A stretch of 32,542 nucleotides of DNA from NCBI GenBank assembly GCA_031415535.1, contig JANORY010001020.1, positions 1-32,542 on the forward strand. Direction: 5' to 3'. The translations under genes were made by a program, and so were the position numbers. This document shows, one piece after another, positions 6,907 to 14,376 of the stretch; position 1 is the stretch's first letter; the number at the start of each line of letters is the position of its first letter. Under the pieces are notes generated by a model. It did no database searches. It saw only the letters and a program-made list of their open reading frames with translations, and was not told the DNA's origin. The stretch is from Burkholderiales bacterium (lineage in GTDB: Bacteria > Pseudomonadota > Gammaproteobacteria > Burkholderiales > Burkholderiaceae_E).

Positions 6907-7183
6907 TAGTGTAGTGTTTCATTAGTTCCGTGGCGAAAGATTCGATTCAAACGGCGATGAGCGCGCGGTCGATCCGCAGGGGTCGATATCGGGGATATCA
7001 ACCCCTGCGGGCGAGCGTGTGGGCGCGCCGTTTGATCGAACCCCTGCGGGGCGAGGTGAAATGGGGGCGACTGCGGCGTTACGAACCCGGGTCAATAGCC
7101 CCGCTCTTGACCCGGAACCGCGCCTTGCATTCGCCCCCATTGCACCTCGTCTTTCGCTACGGAACTAATGAAACACTACACTA
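6907..7183. repeat. 277-bp element bounded by a 34-bp inverted repeat (33/34 complementary) with nested long internal hairpins; MITE-like, inverton-like or structured-leader element overlapping the start of the downstream helicase gene
   Basis: The left arm is 6907-6940 (tagtgtagtgtttcattagttccgtggcgaaaga) and the right arm is 7150-7183 (tctttcgctacggaactaatgaaacactacacta). The only mismatch is G6932/T7158. Internal hairpins are 6974-6990/6994-7010 (17 bp, one mismatch, GGG loop) and 7052-7070/7131-7149 (19 bp, one mismatch). The motif aacccctgcggg occurs as a direct repeat at 7000 and 7039. Confidence 0.85.
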
Positions 7184-9549
7184 ATCCCCTTGAAGAAGCG
7201 ATCTACACGGTCGCCGTACGCGAGCTTTGCGAGTTCGCCGCCAAAGAGGGTGATCTCGACCTCAGGTTCACGCCCGCGCCAAATGCCCAGGAAGGTATAG
7301 CCGGCCATAAAGTGGTGGCGGCGCGGCGTGGTGCTTCCTATCGTACTGAACTCGCGCTGAGCGGCCGGTACAGACAGCTTTTGGTGCGCGGTCGGGCCGA
7401 TGGCTATGACGTCGAACGTAACCTGCTGGAGGAATTCAAGACCTTCAAGGGTGACCTGGAGCGCATGCCAGCCAACCATCGCGCACTGCACTGGGCTCAG
7501 CTCAAGGTATACGGCTGGTTACTGTGTGACCAGTCGGCATTGCCGACAGTTTCGCTCAGTTTGGTCTATTTTGAAATTGCCAGCCAGCAGGAAACCACGC
7601 TGACCCAGCAATTCACCGCCGCCGAGTTGAAGCACTATTTTGAGTCACTCAGTGAACGCTTTCTGGGCTGGGCGCACGGCGAACTCGAACATCGAAGCGG
7701 TCGGGATTGTGCGCTGAATGCGTTGCGCTTTCCGCACTCGTCGTTTCGCGCCGGCCAACGCAGTCTGGCCGAAAACGTATTCCGGGCCGCCCGGCACGGC
7801 CGCTGCCTGCTGGCACAGGCACCCACCGGTATCGGTAAAACCATCGGCACCCTTTTTCCGCTGTTTAAAGCCGCGCCGGAACAACAACTCGACAAGATAT
7901 TTTTTCTCAGCGCCAAGGGTACCGGCCGAGAAGTGGCCTTGCAGGCAATCGGCAAAATCAGCAACGATGAATCGGCAATCAAAATACGTTGGCTTGAGTT
8001 GGTCGCTCGTGAGAAAGCCTGCGAGCATCCCGACAAAGCCTGCCATGGTGATTCGTGCCCGCTTGCCGAGGGCTTTTATGATCGATTGCCGCGCGCACGC
8101 GCCGCCGCCGTGGCGAACGGTCGTCTGACGCAAGCGGTGTTACGCGACATTGCGCTGGCCCATTCGGTATGCCCCTATTATTTGAGTCAGGAACTAGTTC
8201 GTTGGAGCGACGTCGTCGTCGCCGACTACAACTACTATTTTGACGATAGCGCATTGCTGCATGCGCTGACCTTGACCAATGGCTGGCGTATCGCGGTTCT
8301 GGTCGATGAAGCACACAACCTGATCGAACGCGCCCGCACCATGTACAGCGCCACGCTGTCGCAGTCGGATCTGCACTCGATCAGCCGCTCGGCTCCCGAC
8401 CCGCTACGCTTGCCGCTGCAACGGCTCAATCGCGCCTGGAAAACCTTGACCAAGGACCAACTCGAAGACTATCGAGCGCACTCGGCGCTACCGCTTAAAT
8501 TCATCGCCGCATTGCACGCCGTTGCCGGTTTAATGGGTGATCTGCTGGCCGAACCTGGCCGGCAACCCGACGAAGCTGTGCTGCGCGACGACGCCCTGCC
8601 GCTCAACGACGCCCTGCTGCGTTTCCATTTTGACCTTCTGCACTTCATCCGGATGTCCGATCGCTTCGGCGAGCATTCATTATTTGATGTCCAACTCGCG
8701 CCAGACCCGGCCCGTGCAACGCGCCGTCAAGTATGCTCGACCGTGTGCCTGCGCAACGTCATTCCCGCGCCGTTTCTGCAACCGCGCTTTGCGGCGGCCC
8801 ATACGACCGTACTGTTCTCGGCAACCCTGACTCCGACCCGCTTTTATACCGATACGCTCGGATTGCCCGATGATGTTGCCAGCGTGGAGGTCGACTCACC
8901 GTTCGGGTCTGCGCAATTATCGGTGCAATTGATCAGTACAATCTCAACCCGATTCGAGCGGCGCGATCGGTCGCTGGAGCCGATCGCAAGCTTGATCGCA
9001 ACTCGTTACAGTGAACGACCCGGCAATTACCTGGCGTTCTTCAGCAGCTTCGATTACCTGCAGCGGGTTGCCAGTACCCTCGCGACTCAGCAACCCTTGA
9101 TACCGATCTGGCAACAATCACGCGCGATGAATGAAGCTGATCGGCAAGCCTTTCTAACGCGCTTTACGGAACACAGTTACGGCATCGGATTTGCAGTGTT
9201 GGGGGGACTCTTTGGCGAGGGCATTGACCTGCCAGGTACCCGCCTGATCGGCGCATTTATCGCGACCCTCGGTTTGCCTCAGTTTAATCCCGTCAACCAG
9301 GAAATGCGGCGACGAATCGACTCATTGCTGGGCAGCGGTTACCAGTACACCTATCTTTTTCCTGGCCTGCGCAAGGTTGTCCAGGCTGGCGGCCGCGTGA
9401 TTCGAAACTCGTCGGATCGCGGCCGACTTTTTCTGATTGATGATCGATACGCCCAACCAGAGGTGCGGGCATTGCTGCCTGCCTGGTGGTCGGTGGTCGA
9501 TCAAGTCAGCAGCCAGCAGCGGCCTTCAATCCCGCTCGCACAATCGTAG
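7168..9549 (+). CDS. Fusion protein: N-terminal PD-(D/E)XK (RecB/Cas4-like) nuclease domain plus a DinG/XPD(Rad3)-family superfamily-2 DNA helicase with a 4-Cys Fe-S module
   Basis: The ORF is 793 aa. Nuclease motifs are GRADGYD, LEEFKT (ExK) and QLKVY (QxxxY). The Walker A motif is AQAPTGIGKT. The four Cys residues lie in ACEHPDKACHGDSCPLAEG...VCPYY. The DEAH box is LVDEAHNL. C-terminal helicase motifs are GGLFGEGIDLPG and QAGGRVIRNSSDRG. Confidence 0.9.
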   Translation: MKHYTNPLEEAIYTVAVRELCEFAAKEGDLDLRFTPAPNAQEGIAGHKVVAARRGASYRTELALSGRYRQLLVRGRADGYDVERNLLEEFKTFKGDLERMPANHRALHWAQLKVYGWLLCDQSALPTVSLSLVYFEIASQQETTLTQQFTAAELKHYFESLSERFLGWAHGELEHRSGRDCALNALRFPHSSFRAGQRSLAENVFRAARHGRCLLAQAPTGIGKTIGTLFPLFKAAPEQQLDKIFFLSAKGTGREVALQAIGKISNDESAIKIRWLELVAREKACEHPDKACHGDSCPLAEGFYDRLPRARAAAVANGRLTQAVLRDIALAHSVCPYYLSQELVRWSDVVVADYNYYFDDSALLHALTLTNGWRIAVLVDEAHNLIERARTMYSATLSQSDLHSISRSAPDPLRLPLQRLNRAWKTLTKDQLEDYRAHSALPLKFIAALHAVAGLMGDLLAEPGRQPDEAVLRDDALPLNDALLRFHFDLLHFIRMSDRFGEHSLFDVQLAPDPARATRRQVCSTVCLRNVIPAPFLQPRFAAAHTTVLFSATLTPTRFYTDTLGLPDDVASVEVDSPFGSAQLSVQLISTISTRFERRDRSLEPIASLIATRYSERPGNYLAFFSSFDYLQRVASTLATQQPLIPIWQQSRAMNEADRQAFLTRFTEHSYGIGFAVLGGLFGEGIDLPGTRLIGAFIATLGLPQFNPVNQEMRRRIDSLLGSGYQYTYLFPGLRKVVQAGGRVIRNSSDRGRLFLIDDRYAQPEVRALLPAWWSVVDQVSSQQRPSIPLAQS

Positions 9550-9560
9550 TGTCCTGCCCA

Positions 9561-9884
9561 TCATCCGCGCACCGGGAAGAACGATACCGGCGACATCAGA
9601 CGATTCTCCTGCGCTTCGAGCGCGCCGAGATTGGCACTCTCCGCCGCGTACGCAAGCCAGTGCGGATCGGCCCAGAGTGCGGCGCGACGGCGCTCACGAT
9701 CGGCAGCATTTTCGTAGGTCCAGATGTGCAGATATTGGTTGACGTTGCCGGTCTCGGTCACCAGGTAGGCCAGCGGTTGTCCCAGGTGCTGCGTCTGCGG
9801 CGCTTTGCCAAGTTTTTCGTATAACGCGAGATGTTTGCCGAGCGTGCCAGGCCGGCAGGTATAGGTGCGAACGTCGAGCAACAT
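9561..9884 (-). CDS. NIPSNAP-family small alpha/beta protein
   Basis: The 107-aa ORF MLLDVRTYTCRPGTLGKHLALYEK...YLHIWTYENAADRERRRAAL fits the NIPSNAP pattern (elR.Y.l.pG ... .W.y.s...r). It converges on the helicase gene with an 11-nt gap. Confidence 0.7.
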   Translation of the reverse strand: MLLDVRTYTCRPGTLGKHLALYEKLGKAPQTQHLGQPLAYLVTETGNVNQYLHIWTYENAADRERRRAALWADPHWLAYAAESANLGALEAQENRLMSPVSFFPVRG

Positions 9885-9960
9885 GTAGGTCTCCAGTTGA
9901 TGAGCGAATCGGGGGAAGTCAGTACTCTACACCGAGCATTGCGTCGACGGAGCGGCCACT

Positions 9961-10773
9961 GTGTGGGTTACCATGCTCGCCGTTGATCGCGCCAGATTAA
10001 TCAGTCAATCATCAGGCAATCGTACCTTGGAGACTCCTGAATACGACCGTATGGATAACGCCGAGGACCATCTTTGGTGGTACCGCGCGCTGCACGCCTA
10101 CTTGCTCGATGCCTTCGCAACCAGTAATGCACTGCCCGGGACACCGGTTCTCGACGCCGGCTGTGGCTCGGGCGGTCTGTTGCGCACACTTGGCGCAGCC
10201 GAGCCGCAACGCCGTCGTGTCGGACTCGAGCGCCTTGAGCAGGCCGCCGCGCGCGCGCGGATCAAGAGCCGCTCCGAAGTGGTGGTCGGTACGGTGAACA
10301 CCTTGCCGTTTAAAGACAGCAGTTTCGGCGCAATCTTCAGCGCCGACGTCTTGTACCATCGTGACGTCGATCCGCAGCTCGCCGCTCGTGAGTCGCTGCG
10401 CTGTTTGATGCCAGGCGGTGTGCTGCTGGTCAACGTACCCGCATTCCAATGGCTGAGTTCCTATCACGACCAACGCGTGCACGGTGCCCGGCGCTTTAGC
10501 CGGCAACAACTCAAAGGCCTGCTGATCGACGCCGGCTTTACCCGCATCGCGCTGCATTATTGGAACAGTCTGTTGTTTCCGATCATGGTGGCGCGCCGCT
10601 TGCGCCCGTCCGCCAACCATACTGCTAACGATACCGCCAGCGACGTTGGGCAACTGCCCAACGCACTGAATACCGCACTGGCGAGTATCGTTGCCCTCGA
10701 GCGCAAGCTGATCCAGTGGGGCCTGCGATTTCCGGCCGGCGGATCATTACTCGCGATAGCATACAAACCATGA
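9961..10773 (+). CDS. Class I SAM-dependent methyltransferase
   Basis: Motif I is VLDAGCGSGGL and post-I/II is FGAIFSADVLYH. The start is GTG at 9961 with GGAG 8 nt upstream; an alternative ATG lies at 9973. The stop overlaps the next gene's start (ATGA at 10770-10773). Confidence 0.8.
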   Translation: MWVTMLAVDRARLISQSSGNRTLETPEYDRMDNAEDHLWWYRALHAYLLDAFATSNALPGTPVLDAGCGSGGLLRTLGAAEPQRRRVGLERLEQAAARARIKSRSEVVVGTVNTLPFKDSSFGAIFSADVLYHRDVDPQLAARESLRCLMPGGVLLVNVPAFQWLSSYHDQRVHGARRFSRQQLKGLLIDAGFTRIALHYWNSLLFPIMVARRLRPSANHTANDTASDVGQLPNALNTALASIVALERKLIQWGLRFPAGGSLLAIAYKP

Positions 10774-11792
10774 CGCAGGTCACGCTCCCGTCCCACTCAG
10801 TCCGAACCGAAGAGGCCGATGCCCGCAGCGCAAGCATAGCAGTCCGACGCTACGCGCTGTCGTTCGTCATTCCGGTGTATCGCGGTGCCAAGACCGTGGC
10901 CGCAGTGGTGGACGCCATCGCCACCTTGCGGGTTGAGGGCGGGCATGAAGTGGTACTGGTCAATGATGGCAGCCCGGACAATAGCGGCGAAGTCTGTCGT
11001 GAATTGGCGCGGCGCACGGATATTGCAGTCACGCTGGTCGATCTGTCGCGTAATTTTGGTGAACACAACGCCGTCATTACCGGTCTGCGTTACACCCGCG
11101 GCGACTATGTGGTGACGGTCGACGATGACCTTCAGAATCCGATTCACGAGGCCTTGCGCTTGTATCAGCACGCCCGAGCCGGTAGTTGGGATGTGGTCTA
11201 CACGCGCTACGCAGTCAAGCGCCACGCCGCCTGGCGTAATCTCGGCAGCCGTTTTGCGAACCTGGTGGGTGACTGGCTGCTCGACAAACCCAAGGGCCTG
11301 TACCTGTCGAGTTTTCGTTGCATGAATGCGCTGGTGGTGGGACACGTGATTCGTTATCAGGGACCGTTCCCGTACATTGACGGACTGGCCCTGCAGGTGG
11401 CCGGCCGCATCGACAGCATCGAAGTCGAACATCAGTCACGCGTACAAGGCCGCAGCAACTACACCTTGGCACGACTGATCCGGCTCTGGCTGAACTTGTT
11501 CGTCAACTTCTCGGTCAAGCCCTTGCGGGTGGCGACCATCGCCGGCTTGATCTTTACGGTGCTGGGCGCGATCGGCACAATCCTGGTACTGGCCGAGGCA
11601 CTGCTCGGCCGAACGCCAGCGGGCTGGGCCTCGCTGACCGCAGTGACCTTGGTACTGTCCGGCGTGCAGTTACTGATTCTCGGTGTGATCGGCGAGTACC
11701 TGGGCCATCTCGCGCTGACCAGCAACGGCAAGCCGCAGTCAATGGTGCGCGAGGTAGTACAACCGGCCGTTCACACAGCGCCCCCCTTATGA
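10770..11792 (+). CDS. GT2-family polyprenyl-phosphate glycosyltransferase (ArnC/GtrB-like) with two C-terminal TM helices
   Basis: ORF 10716..11792 is trimmed to the ATG at 10770, which overlaps the upstream stop. Motifs are FVIPVYRG, VVLVNDGSPDNS, LSRNFGEHNA and VTVDDDLQNP (the DxD region). Two hydrophobic helices lie near the C-terminus (IAGLIFTVLGAIGTILVL and LVLSGVQLLILGVIGEYL). Confidence 0.85.
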   Translation: MTQVTLPSHSVRTEEADARSASIAVRRYALSFVIPVYRGAKTVAAVVDAIATLRVEGGHEVVLVNDGSPDNSGEVCRELARRTDIAVTLVDLSRNFGEHNAVITGLRYTRGDYVVTVDDDLQNPIHEALRLYQHARAGSWDVVYTRYAVKRHAAWRNLGSRFANLVGDWLLDKPKGLYLSSFRCMNALVVGHVIRYQGPFPYIDGLALQVAGRIDSIEVEHQSRVQGRSNYTLARLIRLWLNLFVNFSVKPLRVATIAGLIFTVLGAIGTILVLAEALLGRTPAGWASLTAVTLVLSGVQLLILGVIGEYLGHLALTSNGKPQSMVREVVQPAVHTAPPL

Positions 11793-12124
11793 CACTACAT
11801 CACGCGGCGCTGGCCGCAGCAGTAATCGGCGGCATTTTTGGCCAACTGCTGCTCAAGGCAGGCTCGGTCGGTGCCACCGATTTGTGGACTCAACTCACGC
11901 GGTTGCCGACCTGGGCCGGACTGGCTTGTTATGGCGGTTCAGCGATACTTTATCTGGTGGCGCTGCAGGTCATACCGGTGTCGATTGCGTTCCCCAGCGT
12001 GGCGCTCAGTTATGCGGTGATCGCGGTGATTGGCGCCGTGTACTGGCAAGAGCCGGTGGGTTGGCAGCAAATGCTTGGAATCGCGCTGATTTTTGGCGGC
12101 GTGGTGATGCTCTATCGTCATTGA
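11789..12124 (+). CDS. Small 4-TM EamA/SMR-like membrane protein (ArnE/ArnF-like candidate flippase subunit)
   Basis: The protein is 111 aa and very hydrophobic, with 4 predicted helices. Its start overlaps the GT2 stop (ATGA at 11789-11792). Its position directly after an ArnC-like gene mirrors arnC...arnE/F logic. The 3' end overlaps the convergent aminotransferase gene by 7 nt. Confidence 0.6.
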   Translation: MTLHHAALAAAVIGGIFGQLLLKAGSVGATDLWTQLTRLPTWAGLACYGGSAILYLVALQVIPVSIAFPSVALSYAVIAVIGAVYWQEPVGWQQMLGIALIFGGVVMLYRH

Positions 12125-13272
12125 TCGCGCATGATTCGAGCCAGCGTCGTGCCCACTCGCACGACTTCGGCATCGGTCAGTTGCGGGAACATGGGCAGGC
12201 TCATCACTTGCGCTGCGGCCTGCTCGGTGCGCGGCAAACCGCCCGGTCCCTGCAAGGCATCGGCGTAGCCCGGTTGCCGATGCGCCGGCTCGGCATAGTG
12301 CACCGCTGTACCAATGCCTTGCGCGCTCAGCGCAGTTCGCAATCGATCGCGGATCGGCGAGGCCACCACGTATTGATGAAAAACTGATTCAGTCCCGAGC
12401 ACTCGAAGCGGCAATCGCAATTCGCTATCGGCAAGCAAGGCATCGTATTGCCCGGCGATCTGGACCCGACGTGTATTGTCGCGATCGAGATGTTCGAGCC
12501 GTACCCGCAGCATCGCGGCGTGCAGTTCATCGAGGCGACTATTGACCCCTGGCATTTCGCTGATCCGCGCGTGGCGCCAGCCATATTGGCGCAGGGCGCG
12601 TACCCGTTCGGCCACCCCGGCGTCGCGCGTAGCCACCAAACCGCCGTCACCAAAAGCGCCGAGATTTTTGGTCGGATAAAAGCTGAAGGCGGCAGCGTCA
12701 CCGACACTGCCAACGCGCCGCCCGCCCCACCAGGCACCATGTGCCTGGGCACAGTCTTCGACCAGCCAGGCACCGTATCGGCGGGTGATTGCTTCAATGG
12801 CATCAAGCTGCGCGGGCTGACCATAAAGATGTACCACCACCACCGCCGCCACGCGCTGCAACGCAAGGGTTTCGGCAAGATGCGCTGGGTCCATTGAATA
12901 ACCAGCGGCTTCGATATCAATCAACACCGGCGTGGCACCGATCATCTTGATGGCGGCGACCGTCGCTACAGCCGTGTGTGAGACGGTGGCGACGCCCTCC
13001 CCGGGCTTGACACCCAGTGCACGTAAGGCCAACGCTAGCGCATCGGTGCCGTTGGCGACACCGACCGCCTGCGCGACGCCGAGATATTGCGCGAAGGCAC
13101 GCTCAAACGCGTCGACCTGTTCGCCCAGCATATAGGTTCCGCTGAGCATTACCGTGGCGATCGCCGCATCGAGGGCCGAACGGTGTTGCAGGTAAGCGGC
13201 CCCTGGGGAAACCTGCGGGATTGTTGACGCTGCGGCTGACTCGCCGATCAGCGTCGAACCACCCCGGGTCAT
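12118..13272 (-). CDS. DegT/DnrJ/EryC1/StrS-family PLP-dependent sugar aminotransferase (ArnB-like)
   Basis: ORF 12118..13350 is trimmed to the ATG at 13272, which overlaps the upstream gene's stop (ATGA). Motifs are GVANGTDALALALRALGV and FSFYPTKNLGAFGDGG (the PLP lysine in YPTKNL). Confidence 0.85.
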   Translation of the reverse strand: MTRGGSTLIGESAAASTIPQVSPGAAYLQHRSALDAAIATVMLSGTYMLGEQVDAFERAFAQYLGVAQAVGVANGTDALALALRALGVKPGEGVATVSHTAVATVAAIKMIGATPVLIDIEAAGYSMDPAHLAETLALQRVAAVVVVHLYGQPAQLDAIEAITRRYGAWLVEDCAQAHGAWWGGRRVGSVGDAAAFSFYPTKNLGAFGDGGLVATRDAGVAERVRALRQYGWRHARISEMPGVNSRLDELHAAMLRVRLEHLDRDNTRRVQIAGQYDALLADSELRLPLRVLGTESVFHQYVVASPIRDRLRTALSAQGIGTAVHYAEPAHRQPGYADALQGPGGLPRTEQAAAQVMSLPMFPQLTDAEVVRVGTTLARIMRDQ

Positions 13273-14270
13273 GCCGATTGGGCGATCGGTTGGCGGAAGT
13301 ATTCGAGGGTTTGCGCAAGCCCTTGGCGCAAGGAGACTTTCGGGTGCCAACCGGTCAGGCTGCGTAGCAGCTTGTCGTCCGCGTAATAGTCACCGACGTC
13401 GATGCGCCGGCGGGCCGCCGGAAACTCGCGCACAACATACTGTCCACTACCATTGGCCTGCACCAGGGTGTCGGCAAGTTCCAGCAAACTCACCGGAGGA
13501 CAGCCGCCGACGTTATAAAACCGTCCGGCCATCGACGGTTCAGCGGCCGCCAAAAACGCGTCGACTGCGTCATCGACATAAGTCAAATCACGAAGCTGCT
13601 TGCCGCCCCAGACTTCAAACGGCTCACCGCGCAGCACACTGCTGATCCAGATTCCCAAAAACGTCTGCTTTGCGTCGCAGACTCGCATACGGGGGCCGAA
13701 GGTATTGGTCAGGCGCAGCGCGCTGGTCGCCAGACCATACACTCGACTGTACAACAGGTGATAGCCCTCGCCGGCCAGCTTGTTAAAGCCATTGACGTCA
13801 ACCGGATTGACGCTGTGCGACTCATCTACCGGCAAACTCTGGGCAACCCCGTACACCTGACGCGTACTGGCATAAACAATCATCGTCTCGGGGGCGTGCG
13901 CGCGGCACGTTTCCAACAGATGCAACTGAGCGGTGGCGTTGATTGACAGATCAGATTGCGGATCGGTCATCGAACCCTGATGACTGGTTTGACCGGCCAG
14001 ATTGAAGATGGTTTGTTGATCTTGTACCAGTGCCGGAAGAACACTGGCGTCGCGCAGGTCGAGCAATTCAATGCGAACCCGATTTGAAGCACCCTCCAAA
14101 TTCGCCAGATCGCCGCCATGTCCCGGCAGGAGATTATCGACGACCAGCACCCGCGCGCCCAGCGCATCGAGACGACGCACCAGGTTTGAGCCGATGAAGC
14201 CAAGCCCACCGGTTACCAAAACCTTGCGATTTCGCCAATCGATCGACTTATGAGGCGTTGCACTTAGCAT
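13269..14270 (-). CDS. NAD-dependent sugar-nucleotide epimerase/dehydratase (extended SDR)
   Basis: ORF 13269..14408 is trimmed to the ATG at 14270. The Rossmann motif is KVLVTGGLGFIGSNL, and the layout is that of a typical extended SDR (ASTRQVYG...). The exact substrate cannot be read from the sequence. Confidence 0.85.
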   Translation of the reverse strand: MLSATPHKSIDWRNRKVLVTGGLGFIGSNLVRRLDALGARVLVVDNLLPGHGGDLANLEGASNRVRIELLDLRDASVLPALVQDQQTIFNLAGQTSHQGSMTDPQSDLSINATAQLHLLETCRAHAPETMIVYASTRQVYGVAQSLPVDESHSVNPVDVNGFNKLAGEGYHLLYSRVYGLATSALRLTNTFGPRMRVCDAKQTFLGIWISSVLRGEPFEVWGGKQLRDLTYVDDAVDAFLAAAEPSMAGRFYNVGGCPPVSLLELADTLVQANGSGQYVVREFPAARRRIDVGDYYADDKLLRSLTGWHPKVSLRQGLAQTLEYFRQPIAQSA

Positions 14271-14376
14271 TTTGAACGGTTTATGGTCTTCAAGGGATTG
14301 TAGTTTAACGGCAACGCACATCCGCCGGATGACCGAGCTTGTGTCAAAAATTGCTAACGCCGGAAATCCGGAACGC

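Noticed and set aside
6907-7183. Retron msr-msd or other RT-associated ncRNA as an explanation for the inverted-repeat-flanked structured element
   Set aside because: No reverse transcriptase gene is adjacent or anywhere in the window, and the flanking repeat (34 bp) is much longer than the typical retron a1/a2 repeats. I kept it as an unclassified structured or mobile element instead.
6922-7184. ORFs 6930..7184 (+, 84 aa, Arg-rich) and 6922..7140 (-, 72 aa) inside the inverted-repeat element
   Set aside because: Neither has an SD, one has a GTG start, and both have strongly biased Arg/Gly/Pro composition. Both are by-products of the GC-rich palindromic sequence. The element is better explained as non-coding structure.
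10012-11432. Minus-strand ORFs of 213 aa (10012..10653) and 211 aa (10797..11432)
   Set aside because: They are antisense to the methyltransferase and GT2 genes, both of which carry clear catalytic motifs.
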